From the IMG/VR virus record IMGVR_UViG_3300041411_000080, positions 1 through 64,000 of that record: a stretch of DNA of 64,000 nt, one strand, 5' to 3'. Shown here piece by piece: positions 53,214 to 62,360 of the stretch. Under the pieces are notes generated by a model. That model ran no database searches and was not told the DNA's origin. It saw only the letters and a list, made by a program, of their open reading frames with translations. The stretch's first letter is position 1. Each line of letters starts with the position of its first letter. A program made the translations under genes and the position numbers.

Positions 53214-53641
53214 TCTACGACAGTCCTTTTAAAGAGATAACCTGTAATGTCCAAATGTTCCCAACCCTCTAGGAAATCTTTAGAGTGAGTCAATCGGATA
53301 TTACCATCGGTCATAGCCTCGAGCGAGTAGCACCATGTGTTCACATGTAGTCGATTGTATTTCGTAACTTTGAGGACTTCGCCAGTGGCTGTACGGATCT
53401 CATTCGGTGTGTTCCAATCTTCTGGTCGATAGATCGCAAAGTCAAAGCGATGGTTATCTCCGAAGTCTCCTAAGAAGCCTTCCGTCTTTAATACTCGAAC
53501 AAGGTTATTTACCTTATCAATTCTCAAGAAAGGTAACGTACCCTCAACAGCTGGAACTGTACGGTAGATAATGTCAGCAAAGTTAAGAGAAGTACCTAGA
53601 AACTCCAGTGAAGTTATGATACTAGCTTTCTTTTTCTTCAT
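53210..53641 (-). CDS. hypothetical protein (143 aa)
   Basis: TAATG coupling. Confidence 0.75.
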   Translation of the reverse strand: MKKKKASIITSLEFLGTSLNFADIIYRTVPAVEGTLPFLRIDKVNNLVRVLKTEGFLGDFGDNHRFDFAIYRPEDWNTPNEIRTATGEVLKVTKYNRLHVNTWCYSLEAMTDGNIRLTHSKDFLEGWEHLDITGYLFKRTVVE

Positions 53642-54684
53642 TATAGATCACTCATCATTTTTAGGGTGAGCGTAGTACATCTCGTATGCCCTTCAAATTT
53701 TACATCTGTCCAACCTACTCGTTGCAGATCACGGATAAGTCGTTCTCGGTTAGCCTCTAAGAGACGAAAGTCAAACAACGTAAATACATAAGCTTGAGTA
53801 GCTGGGTTGAAATTATTCCCACCAACGTTGGTCAGCGCTTTCTGTATAGTGGCCAGGCATTTATCATAGTTCTCAACTAACTTCTCCCCCGTCTGCTTAC
53901 TTACCGTAATTGGACCCATAAGCTCTAGTTGAGTAGTATTGTAATGCCATTCATTGAATGCTTCATTCCCATTGGAGAGATAATACACCACGTTAATGTC
54001 ACGGTAGAGATTTTTGCGATCTAGGAATAAGTTCTCGACATCCTCGACCTTCGATGCGACATAGGGGAGAAACCTTTGCTTTACAGTAGCGGGTGAGTGG
54101 TCGACTTTGAAAGGGGTCATAATGAATACGACTGTAAATCGACCAACGTGTTTGTTCGGTTCGACTACGAACTGTTCATTCTCGCCATTGTCGTATTTAA
54201 TTCTAACTGTAATTGGGACCCGCCTTACTCGTGCAGCTAAAGCTACTGACTCACGTAGACCATCGTAATCGTTAGCAACGACAAGATTATAGAACCAGAT
54301 GTCTTGATTGGGCGAACCATTTAAACTTCGTCCATACCACGTGTCAACATCTGTCATCTTACGTGGTAGTGATTGCTGTACAACTGGTACTGGATCGATA
54401 TCGTAACCTGTGAAACGTTCTATCTCAGCAGAGTCCTTCGGAGAAGAGGTCTGTACCGGGACAGTTGTCGGGATATCTGATTTGTCCTCGCTTGAGGGCG
54501 ATTTTCTTCGCTTCAACCCGATTGTAGAAAGTGCCGTACTGATCCACGAAGCCTTGTTCATAATCTTCCCCTGCGTATTTACGAAGTAATTTGATGCCGC
54601 CATATGCCTCAATATGACCGTACATGAGATTTGAGTAGTGGCGAGGTCCCATGACAATAATGTCTTTATAACGGTTGGCTGCAC
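53641..54684 (-). CDS. hypothetical protein (start uncertain, 54561 or 54357)
   Basis: long ORF whose 5' part overlaps 54425..54931. Confidence 0.65.
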   Translation of the reverse strand: MQPTVIKTLLSWDLATTQISCTVILRHMAASNYFVNTQGKIMNKASWISTALSTIGLKRRKSPSSEDKSDIPTTVPVQTSSPKDSAEIERFTGYDIDPVPVVQQSLPRKMTDVDTWYGRSLNGSPNQDIWFYNLVVANDYDGLRESVALAARVRRVPITVRIKYDNGENEQFVVEPNKHVGRFTVVFIMTPFKVDHSPATVKQRFLPYVASKVEDVENLFLDRKNLYRDINVVYYLSNGNEAFNEWHYNTTQLELMGPITVSKQTGEKLVENYDKCLATIQKALTNVGGNNFNPATQAYVFTLFDFRLLEANRERLIRDLQRVGWTDVKFEGHTRCTTLTLKMMSDL

Positions 54685-54931
54685 TGACTATCACAAAGTC
54701 AACTTTATGTTTATCCCAGCGCCAGCCAGTAAAGCCATCAGCATCATTCTTAATCCACGCTCGATGCATATAGCCATCAAGCAACATCTTACCTATGCCT
54801 TCAAGGCGCTTTACTGGATACTGACCTGTAACAATCCACCACAAACGTTTAAGCTTTTGACCTTTCTGGCTATGAAATGGAGTAGGATATTCTGGAACGT
54901 TATAACCTGAATCACGAGTTGGCCAAACCAT
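54425..54931 (-). CDS. conserved phage protein
   Basis: G.RH...EQGFVDQ.G.F..R.EA..IA...GQ....LFSE. Confidence 0.75.
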   Translation of the reverse strand: MVWPTRDSGYNVPEYPTPFHSQKGQKLKRLWWIVTGQYPVKRLEGIGKMLLDGYMHRAWIKNDADGFTGWRWDKHKVDFVIVSAANRYKDIIVMGPRHYSNLMYGHIEAYGGIKLLRKYAGEDYEQGFVDQYGTFYNRVEAKKIALKRGQIRYPDNCPGTDLFSEGLC

Positions 54932-55418
54932 CTTGAGTCTCCACTACGTTATAGATTTTGATGAGGTAGGTAACACCCGTAGATTCGCCGGTTATAATGC
55001 CGCGATGAGTGGTGCGAGTTTTAAATGTGCCATCCACGGTATACTCGAAACGTTTCCAACCGTTCAGTTTGAAGTAACGTGCCAACAGTTCCCAAGCAAC
55101 ATCGGAAGGCTCCTGATAGTAACCAACCATGACACTATAACCTTTACCGTTTTCATCATCAAGACGGTCGAGTTCATACGGGTTACTGAACGATTCTTCT
55201 ACCTTCTTACGTAATGCACGGAACTGACGATAGTCAAGTTCGTCAATGTCGGGATTGTTCTCAGCGAACTGGAGAGCCGATTCACACAGCTCTGGTGATA
55301 CATCTGTACTACTGAATTCATATTGGATAAAGTCGTTGGTATCCCATGCTGGTGGAGCTACTGTTAATTCACCAGCTGGATCAAGGGTGAGTCGAGTTAC
55401 TTGTTCAGTGTTAGACAT
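54912..55418 (-). CDS. acidic hypothetical protein (168 aa)
   Basis: first gene after an early promoter. Confidence 0.8.
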   Translation of the reverse strand: MSNTEQVTRLTLDPAGELTVAPPAWDTNDFIQYEFSSTDVSPELCESALQFAENNPDIDELDYRQFRALRKKVEESFSNPYELDRLDDENGKGYSVMVGYYQEPSDVAWELLARYFKLNGWKRFEYTVDGTFKTRTTHRGIITGESTGVTYLIKIYNVVETQDGLANS

Positions 55419-55451
55419 GATGTACTCTCATTGAGTTTAGGGATCAACAGC

Positions 55452-55472
55452 ATGATATAAATTTGAAATAAA
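55452..55472 (-). promoter_or_regulatory. phiKZ-type early promoter
   Basis: TTTATTTCAAATTTATATCAT. Confidence 0.75.
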
Positions 55473-55501
55473 TTGAGTTGGCAAAAAGAAAAGGGAATAA
55501 A

Positions 55502-55521
55502 GCCAGTCCCGAAGGACTGGC
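55502..55521 (-). terminator. intrinsic terminator, cUUCGg loop
   Basis: GCCAGTCC-TTCG-GGACTGGC-TTTATT. Confidence 0.8.
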
Positions 55522-55530
55522 AATATGACG

Positions 55531-55905
55531 TCATGCAGCTACTTTACTCTTGGACACAGATACTTGTACCCATGGGAATTGACTATTACCAGTCACGCCT
55601 TCATTGGTGTAATCAGCTGCTTCAATATCGACCATGTAGGCAGGTGGCATATAACCAACACGTTGCTTGAATACGTGCACATCATAACCGGCTTCACGCA
55701 GTTGCTTAGTTACTTCAATCTCTACGGTATTGTCGTAGGTGATATAGCCCGGCACATAGAAGCTGAAAAGACCGCTACCACGATAAGCGTCAGAGACTAC
55801 AGCTGGATCGGCCATCAGGGCACTGAGCTTAGCTGCGAAGCCAGTAGGTGTTTCTGGAACAGGTTTAACGATAGCGATCAGACTATCGGGCGTTGGGATT
55901 GCCAT
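55531..55905 (-). CDS. hypothetical protein (124 aa), possible paralogue of 15672..16031
   Basis: MAIP start; LREAGYDVHV; GAGGT SD. Confidence 0.75.
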   Translation of the reverse strand: MAIPTPDSLIAIVKPVPETPTGFAAKLSALMADPAVVSDAYRGSGLFSFYVPGYITYDNTVEIEVTKQLREAGYDVHVFKQRVGYMPPAYMVDIEAADYTNEGVTGNSQFPWVQVSVSKSKVAA

Positions 55906-55945
55906 GGTGTTACCTCAGTTAGGAAGGAAGTTCATAGAATCATAC

Positions 55946-56233
55946 TCAATGGTTTTCATTTACACGATGTTTGTTACGCTCGTCGTTTTTGGCTGACCAC
56001 TTGCCCGCTAACGTAGAACGACATTCAGCACCGTCACCCTCACGGAAGAATTCAGAGTAGCCACCTTCACGACGATTTCGCATTAGCTTTACAGGTTCGT
56101 AATCTCGGATTGAGGGATTACTCTTTGATAGATCGAATCCATCCATGCCACCCAGTTCAATATGAACCATAGGTACTTCTGGAACCGTTCTGTGTTCATA
56201 TCGGAAACACTTACCTCCAAACTTCCTACTCAT
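55946..56233 (-). CDS. charged peptide, array A (95 aa)
   Basis: AGGAG SD; R/E/G-rich; no hydrophobic run. Confidence 0.75.
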   Translation of the reverse strand: MSRKFGGKCFRYEHRTVPEVPMVHIELGGMDGFDLSKSNPSIRDYEPVKLMRNRREGGYSEFFREGDGAECRSTLAGKWSAKNDERNKHRVNENH

Positions 56234-56472
56234 GTAGGTCTCCTACTACCATAGTCGTTTTCAGCAAAACTACTTAATCGTGGGTCATTCCAACAACTTG
56301 TACGCCACCCTTCGTGAATTGGTCTGGTATCGAGATCATAACCATTCCCCCGTCTATGTTTGGCATTGATCCCACCGTGGTACCGGTGGCGCATTGCTAT
56401 ATGAGGTTCTAATGAACGAAAAATTACCTTATTACGGTCTAGCTGCCAAGCCTCCCCTAAGTATTTAACCAT
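56230..56472 (-). CDS. charged peptide, array A (80 aa)
   Basis: coupled at both ends; R/H/G-rich. Confidence 0.7.
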   Translation of the reverse strand: MVKYLGEAWQLDRNKVIFRSLEPHIAMRHRYHGGINAKHRRGNGYDLDTRPIHEGWRTSCWNDPRLSSFAENDYGSRRPT

Positions 56473-56785
56473 TGTGTCTACTCTGGTCTGTATCAGTGTA
56501 GTGCGACCATACCGTAGTAGCTAGGTTATGTCGTTCAGCATCGGGTGTCCATTGTTCATCGAACGCTTTGTCTGACTCGTACAACTCACGGGTTGATGAA
56601 CAACACTGCATACTCAGTTCGTCTTCAGGGTTGCGCCGATCTCTATCGATAACCCATTTGATATTGGCTATAGGACCCAAGGGGTAGAAATAGGCATGTA
56701 TGTCTGTATCGCCGTCTATACCTCGACCCATCGCTGGATGGCACTTACCCTTATAGTACTTCTCACGTGCGATGTTATTCCGCAT
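56465..56785 (-). CDS. charged peptide, array A (106 aa)
   Basis: SD present; D/R-rich. Confidence 0.75.
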   Translation of the reverse strand: MRNNIAREKYYKGKCHPAMGRGIDGDTDIHAYFYPLGPIANIKWVIDRDRRNPEDELSMQCCSSTRELYESDKAFDEQWTPDAERHNLATTVWSHYTDTDQSRHNG

Positions 56786-56789
56786 AGTT

Positions 56790-57005
56790 TCACTCTCTTC
56801 CAGTAATACCGCTAGCGTTACGTAGTTCTATACCGACGACACGGGCCCATCTGAATTGATTGCTACGTAGGCATTTATTGAGTGGTTCACTAGAGCGTTC
56901 ATGGCGAATGTCTTCAGGTTCATTACGAATAATGAACCCGCCTCGATCGGAATCACGTCTATTACCTAGCGGTTTGGTTTCAACCTTCCGAGTCGATGGT
57001 TTCAA
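56790..57005 (-). CDS. charged peptide, array A (71 aa)
   Basis: overlaps the 3' end of the QueC-like gene; R-rich. Confidence 0.65.
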   Translation of the reverse strand: MKPSTRKVETKPLGNRRDSDRGGFIIRNEPEDIRHERSSEPLNKCLRSNQFRWARVVGIELRNASGITGRE

Positions 57006-57765
57006 GTTTGTACTCCGGCGGACATTTGTAATAGTCGTAACTCGGATAACGAATGTCTACATACGAGCACTTACCCACATGTTGCATGACACGTTGTTCT
57101 GCCCGATCTGTACAGTATGGACCTTTACGTTGTGCTCTAGCCACAGCTCGCCATACCGTTTCTTCGTGTTTCTGTTTGTATTGATAAAGTGTTAGGTTAG
57201 CCAACATACAGGGAGAGCACTTCTGACAGGCTTTACCCTCAGATGGCATTTCACATACCCACACCATCGGTAGCAGTCGCTTATCAATCTCCTCAAGCAC
57301 GTTGAGTTTGGTCATATGTAGCAATGGGAACTCTAGTGGGATTGGATCACCATGAAAGCCATGCTTCAACATGCTGTTCCACTGGTCTTCAACATGCTGG
57401 AGGTGTTTACCGAAGTATGCCCCATCACTGTCGACATAAGCCACGCGAACACAACTGTGACGTTTTGCATCCAGTACACGATACGCGCCTTGCATCCAAG
57501 AATTTGGTTGATTCCACTTTTTACTTTGACCATCATGGAGATAGACCGGTTGCAAGATCTCATACTGACGTTGAATCTTGTTGGGGTATTCACGGTTCAT
57601 GAACTCAATCAAACGATCCCGAGCTTCCAACTCAAGTTTCATTTTCTCTTGTGCTTGTCCGCCGTTTACGTACAGAATATCAATCGGACCATCTTCAGCC
57701 AACATATAAGAAACGAGGTAGGTAGAATCCATACCACCCGACAACAACACCAATGGAACTTTCAT
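56980..57765 (-). CDS. divergent QueC-like PP-loop ATPase
   Basis: LLSGGMDST, GQ...E, FPLL..TK, WVC...C..C..C Zn motif; lacks QueC VP.RN and YPDC. Confidence 0.8.
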   Translation of the reverse strand: MKVPLVLLSGGMDSTYLVSYMLAEDGPIDILYVNGGQAQEKMKLELEARDRLIEFMNREYPNKIQRQYEILQPVYLHDGQSKKWNQPNSWMQGAYRVLDAKRHSCVRVAYVDSDGAYFGKHLQHVEDQWNSMLKHGFHGDPIPLEFPLLHMTKLNVLEEIDKRLLPMVWVCEMPSEGKACQKCSPCMLANLTLYQYKQKHEETVWRAVARAQRKGPYCTDRAEQRVMQHVGKCSYVDIRYPSYDYYKCPPEYKLETIDSEG

Positions 57766-57791
57766 AGCTACTCCAAAAAGAAAATATGAAA

Positions 57792-57809
57792 GGGGAGCCG
57801 AAGCTCCCC
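57792..57809 (-). terminator. intrinsic terminator, cUUCGg loop
   Basis: GGGGAGC-TTCG-GCTCCCC-TTTCAT. Confidence 0.75.
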
Positions 57810-57815
57810 AGTCAA

Positions 57816-58949
57816 TTAAGCGGCGAAACCCATACCTGTTTTCTGATGACCTTCACCAACCTCGTGAGCATTGATAGCCTCAGCGAGAGTAATGTCAGTA
57901 CGACCTTCTTTGAACTCGAACGGATCGATCGACATCATGTCACGGATATCGTTAGCCTGTTCGTTGTTCAGGTTCTGGAACTTCAGTACACGGAAGCAAC
58001 GGCCCGGACGCAGCAGAGCATCATCGATATCACGGGTGGAGGTCAAGTTGGTGCAGATGATCAGCTTGATGTCACGTGCCACGATACCAGCGGTAGCGTT
58101 GAGCAGAGCCGACATCGAGACGTTACCTTCAGTACGCTTCTTAACCAGAATATCCGCGTCTTCGGTGAGTACGATGGAACCAGCTGGCAGTTCACGGATG
58201 AAGTCAGGGAAGCCTGGGTGACCCAGTACGTCCATACGGTCAGCCAGATAGATCTTATCATCCCAACCACGGGCGTTGATAACTTCCATCATCCAGTTCG
58301 ACTTACCAGTACCCGGTACACCGTAGATCAGTGCAACGTTGGAATTCGAAACCGAGAACTCTTTGAAGAACTCTGCTGGAGTGAAGTTGAAGTACGGGTA
58401 GAACTTGTTGACATCCAGTACATCACGGTTACCTTGAATGGTTTCCATAACAGTGCACAGGTTGCCTTGGCCGTCTACACGAATACGGGTCAGGTAACGA
58501 GTAGGGGTAGCGTTCAGGTGCTTGGTGAACTCTTCTTTGAACCACTGACAGAATACTGGCAGACCGAGTACGTCATAGGTCGACTTAGTAGCAGTAACCG
58601 ATGGGTTAACGAAGGCACCGATGATGTGGGTATCGGAAACGATTACACGACCCATTACGCAACGGATCATACGCAGACCAGCTTTAGCCAGAATGTCTTC
58701 AGACACTACGCGAGTAACGTCGTTAGCCGATTCTTCTTTGGTACCACCGTGAGGAATGTCGACCAACAGTTCATGCTGTTCCGAATGTTGACCTTGGGTG
58801 GAGAAGTACAGACGCACTACGTCGTAGATGTTATCACCACGCAGTAGTTCCAGTTTGGAGTTGAAGATCTCCATACGAGCTTTCAGTTCTGGAGTGATGC
58901 CGTTGAATTCAGCGAGGTTAGCGGCGTCTTGCATTTCGATAAAGTTCAT
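57816..58949 (-). CDS. AAA+ ATPase (BCS1-like) with N-terminal domain
   Basis: Walker A YGVPGTGKS, Walker B LTEDAD, sensor ICTN, SRH DDALLRPGR. Confidence 0.9.
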   Translation of the reverse strand: MNFIEMQDAANLAEFNGITPELKARMEIFNSKLELLRGDNIYDVVRLYFSTQGQHSEQHELLVDIPHGGTKEESANDVTRVVSEDILAKAGLRMIRCVMGRVIVSDTHIIGAFVNPSVTATKSTYDVLGLPVFCQWFKEEFTKHLNATPTRYLTRIRVDGQGNLCTVMETIQGNRDVLDVNKFYPYFNFTPAEFFKEFSVSNSNVALIYGVPGTGKSNWMMEVINARGWDDKIYLADRMDVLGHPGFPDFIRELPAGSIVLTEDADILVKKRTEGNVSMSALLNATAGIVARDIKLIICTNLTSTRDIDDALLRPGRCFRVLKFQNLNNEQANDIRDMMSIDPFEFKEGRTDITLAEAINAHEVGEGHQKTGMGFAA

Positions 58950-58974
58950 TGCGTTTTCCTTTGTTTAAATTGGA

Positions 58975-59205
58975 TTAGTAAGTCATTCTTTCAACGATGG
59001 CATCGTCGATATGTACAAGTTCACGGGTACGGGAATCTACACGGTTAGCTCGGGGCGCTCGCGGTACGTCTTCACCGGTACGTTTAGAGGGTCCGATATG
59101 CGGTTTATTGCGTACGTCTACGAGATCGATCGCACAACCCTGACCAGTTACTTCAGGTTTGATGTTGTGCTTTCTCGTCCATGCGTCTGGTTCAGCTCTT
59201 CGCAT
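58975..59205 (-). CDS. charged peptide, array B (76 aa)
   Basis: AGGTGA SD; R/D-rich. Confidence 0.75.
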   Translation of the reverse strand: MRRAEPDAWTRKHNIKPEVTGQGCAIDLVDVRNKPHIGPSKRTGEDVPRAPRANRVDSRTRELVHIDDAIVERMTY

Positions 59206-59212
59206 ATGTCAC

Positions 59213-59509
59213 CTAGAGTGATGTACGGAGAAAGGTGGATGCGTGATTGGACATGTCCTTAAATCGTCGGTTCAGATCTCGAGTAAACCCCGCTTGGTCA
59301 TTATGACGAACCTCAGGAACACCCTCCTCGCCCCAACTGTGGCGATCAGCTTCACGCCGAAAGTTGTAGTAGGATTCATCATGTTGCCGCCAGAAGAGGA
59401 TGTCAGAATCACACAACTGTTCAGGATGCATCGGGTCATCCTCCCGAGAGAAGCTGGCGTACTGGCGCTCTCTTTGGTTACGGCCTTCCGATTTTAAGAA
59501 TCGCACCAC
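59213..59509 (-). CDS. charged peptide, array B (about 98 aa)
   Basis: GAGGA SD; R/D/E-rich. Confidence 0.7.
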   Translation of the reverse strand: MVRFLKSEGRNQRERQYASFSREDDPMHPEQLCDSDILFWRQHDESYYNFRREADRHSWGEEGVPEVRHNDQAGFTRDLNRRFKDMSNHASTFLRTSL

Positions 59510-59748
59510 TCATCCTCCCGTTTCTCTATACGTCTATCTAGGGTCTGTTTATCGATATCGAGCCGTTCTTCATCGTCTTCTTCATTAATAGAACGATGAG
59601 CCCAACTTCGGTCAAGTGGTCCGCGAACAACGCCCGGACACCATTCCCACTCAGCCTCCGGTGTTGTGTTTCCGTAACGAACATAATCCAACGTTTCTTC
59701 GTCGTAGGAAAATGGATCGTTAGGGTCATGCATAACGTGTTCGCGCAT
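59494..59748 (-). CDS. charged peptide, array B (84 aa)
   Basis: AAGGTGA SD; D/E/R-rich; WCPGVVRGP. Confidence 0.75.
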   Translation of the reverse strand: MREHVMHDPNDPFSYDEETLDYVRYGNTTPEAEWEWCPGVVRGPLDRSWAHRSINEEDDEERLDIDKQTLDRRIEKREDEWCDS

Positions 59749-59756
59749 AGATCACC

Positions 59757-60026
59757 TTAACAAACTAGTTCTTCATGATCTTGATCAGGTCGGTACATGT
59801 CACCATCGTCACTTGGTGGTTCCACACGTTCTCGAAGTCGATCAGGAACATAGGTGCTGGTACGGTGAACCGGGGCTAGCTTACGCTCACCTATACGCTT
59901 GTCGTTCGTTTGGCTAAACGGAATAGTCGTATCTCGATCAGGACGAGTAACGACTTTACGGTTAACTAGGGATGGTTCACCTTTACGCATTACTTCAGGT
60001 CCTGACTCAAGATCACGATGAACCAT
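59757..60026 (-). CDS. charged peptide, array B (about 89 aa)
   Basis: ORF tiles; R/D/P-rich. Confidence 0.7.
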   Translation of the reverse strand: MVHRDLESGPEVMRKGEPSLVNRKVVTRPDRDTTIPFSQTNDKRIGERKLAPVHRTSTYVPDRLRERVEPPSDDGDMYRPDQDHEELVC

Positions 60027-60577
60027 TTGGAGAAACCATTACCGCGATTAACGATACGCAGGTTCTTCCACAAGTCGGGCCGGATGGCCGACTCACGCAA
60101 CTTAACGATTTCGTCTTGTTCCATCCAGCCTGGGAAACTGAACTTAGCCGACCGCGCTACTGCACGATCGTCATGAGGGTCAGTACTAACACCAGCTTGC
60201 ATCTGTCCTGCACCAGTGATGTTATCCACTGGAGTAAAAGCCTCATTGAAGTTATGATCGGACAGCACAGTGATAATACTAAGTGCTGAAGTCGGTTCAC
60301 CTACCTCATAGAAGTCAGGAGGGGGCAGCGATGGCAACTCAGGTTCTTTTGGGGCTACTACGTGATCCACCAATGGAATCACTGAGTACGTGTCAGCTTC
60401 CGCGCCATAGATCGTTCGATCAATGAGGTGCCGGGTCATGTGTTCACGCGCTTCAGTAAAAGACGTAAAGGTTTTACCCTTATCCGACGTAGCCGCCAGA
60501 GTACCGTCTTCTTTAAGGAACGAAATCCGTGCTCCGCAAACGGTCATGATTGCGAAGCGTTGATCTAATGGATGCAT
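59990..60577 (-). CDS. hypothetical protein (195 aa)
   Basis: GAGGT SD. Confidence 0.8.
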   Translation of the reverse strand: MHPLDQRFAIMTVCGARISFLKEDGTLAATSDKGKTFTSFTEAREHMTRHLIDRTIYGAEADTYSVIPLVDHVVAPKEPELPSLPPPDFYEVGEPTSALSIITVLSDHNFNEAFTPVDNITGAGQMQAGVSTDPHDDRAVARSAKFSFPGWMEQDEIVKLRESAIRPDLWKNLRIVNRGNGFSKWFIVILSQDLK

Positions 60578-60586
60578 ATCTACCTC

Positions 60587-61489
60587 TTAGGAATCGAAAC
60601 CAAATACCATCCGCACTTCACCATACTTCTCGTGAAGACGTTTTACTTCATCGGTGAAGTAAGCGAACTCTTTATTGATTGCAGCATTATCCAGAGTCCA
60701 CTGACAACGAATGTTCAGTTTCTCTACGCGCCCGGCATAACGTCTAAGTTTAGCCAGATGCTTAAGCGCCGATTTCTTACGTTTAACTACACGTTGGCGA
60801 ACGATCTTCTCGACTTTAGGTACATGACGGAAGTTTCCTGGACGATCGAGGATACTCCACGAATCATGTTGGTAGTCTGGATGATCAGGGACCATTTTCT
60901 TAACGTGACGTCGAACCCAGCGGATTTTCTTCTGTGCTTCGTCAACTTCATTCAGAATATGCATGGCATAAGACTGACTACGGATTTTCTCCGGTGTCAA
61001 CTGCGATTGGTCAATAGTAATCTGTTTACCACCCCAGATACCACCACACCAACTTTCAGGTTGAGAGACTTTATCCCACTTGACGTACTGATCCATGGTG
61101 AGAACGCCACGTTTATGGACTGGATTGAAATGCTTGGTACCTTCCAGAATCTCAGTACTGGTCAACCAGCTAAAAGAATGATCGCCGAAACTACCACCGC
61201 ATTTATAATACTCTTCCCAGTCAGGGGCCTTCCAGTCCCAACGAGATTTTGGCTCTTCACGTTTCACAAGGTCCTCAGGTAATCCCCGTGGCTCAGCCAA
61301 AGGTTTGATTGAATCCCCAGTATCAGTACCGCCGAAGCCATAACCGTTACGAACGTTGGCCAACCAACCGAACAAGAAGTAGTGGCGGTTACCTTCGTAT
61401 TTATGATCCGTGATATATTCCCAACTGTCTTCAGCTGGGGTAGACCCCAGTACTTTACGTTGGAACGCTGGATGAACATCAGTACCCAT
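60587..61489 (-). CDS. conserved phage protein (MGxDxH...R.Y.LF..LA.VRN family) with an insertion
   Basis: MGTDVH, RHYFLFGWLANVRN, RGLPED, HSFSWL, RMVFGFDS. Confidence 0.75.
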   Translation of the reverse strand: MGTDVHPAFQRKVLGSTPAEDSWEYITDHKYEGNRHYFLFGWLANVRNGYGFGGTDTGDSIKPLAEPRGLPEDLVKREEPKSRWDWKAPDWEEYYKCGGSFGDHSFSWLTSTEILEGTKHFNPVHKRGVLTMDQYVKWDKVSQPESWCGGIWGGKQITIDQSQLTPEKIRSQSYAMHILNEVDEAQKKIRWVRRHVKKMVPDHPDYQHDSWSILDRPGNFRHVPKVEKIVRQRVVKRKKSALKHLAKLRRYAGRVEKLNIRCQWTLDNAAINKEFAYFTDEVKRLHEKYGEVRMVFGFDS

Positions 61490-61499
61490 GAATTACCCC

Positions 61500-61868
61500 T
61501 TAGTTAATGTGAAGATGTTTTTCGCGAGTTACTTTGGAAGGAACGTGTTTGAATTCCACTTTCAGGAAACGTTCCAACAGTTTGATGGCTTTAGCATCGT
61601 CGACGTAACGCAGGCAATCGCCATTGTATTGCTCAACGGTCAGATTACCCCACAACAGTTCGATGACCGTATGGATACCATCCATAGGACCACTGTAGTT
61701 AAGACTCATGGTCCCTTTAGCCGTAACACCGATCGTAAACCAAGTGTTGTCATTACGCAGGGTCTTATTGACTCGACCAGACTTACTACTGGATTTATTC
61801 TGGTAATACGTACCGATGGTCAACAGACGACGACCGAGTTTGGTCTTTGGATCGATCTTACGCAGCAT
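61500..61868 (-). CDS. basic hypothetical protein (122 aa)
   Basis: AAGGT SD. Confidence 0.75.
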   Translation of the reverse strand: MLRKIDPKTKLGRRLLTIGTYYQNKSSSKSGRVNKTLRNDNTWFTIGVTAKGTMSLNYSGPMDGIHTVIELLWGNLTVEQYNGDCLRYVDDAKAIKLLERFLKVEFKHVPSKVTREKHLHIN

Positions 61869-61869
61869 G

Positions 61870-62301
61870 TTATTTACCTTTTCGTTTTTTGAACTGTTCC
61901 CAGAAACAGATTATGAGTTGGAGCCAGACCACGATAGTGAGGCCGTAAACGAGCAATGGCCCGAAGAACCAATAAAGGTTATCACGCGGTGTTTGCTTTA
62001 TATCGAACTGACGAAGGTTTAAGGTAAGCTTTTCACCCAAGTGCATTTGTCGATACATGTACCCACTTATCTCTCGGTCAAATACGTAACCACTCTCTGT
62101 TTTAAACAGCCCTTCTAATCGTGCTGTACAACTATGCTTACCACAAGCCTGTACCGTATATTTGTCGATGAAAGTAACCGGTACGTCTTGATGTTTCATG
62201 TAGACGTTATTATTCCAAACATAGACCGACCAAGAACTAAGAGTGATGATTAGAAACAATAAGAAAAGACCACTGATATTAAATGTAGATTTACTTGACA
62301 T
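61870..62301 (-). CDS. membrane protein with TMs at both ends (143 aa)
   Basis: two TMs flanking a soluble loop with CGKHSC. Confidence 0.75.
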   Translation of the reverse strand: MSSKSTFNISGLFLLFLIITLSSWSVYVWNNNVYMKHQDVPVTFIDKYTVQACGKHSCTARLEGLFKTESGYVFDREISGYMYRQMHLGEKLTLNLRQFDIKQTPRDNLYWFFGPLLVYGLTIVVWLQLIICFWEQFKKRKGK

Positions 62302-62337
62302 GATTAAACACTCTTAGTGGATAAGTATTGCCCGTCT

Positions 62338-62357
62338 ATGATATAAATCTGAACTTT
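62338..62357 (-). promoter_or_regulatory. phiKZ-type early promoter
   Basis: AAAGTTCAGATTTATATCAT. Confidence 0.75.
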
Positions 62358-62360
62358 TTT

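Noticed and set aside
57816-57830. C-terminal AA ends (GFAA, LHAA, NAAA, KVAA) as ClpXP degrons linked to the SspB genes
   Set aside because: Several arise from overlap with the next start codon; too weak without data
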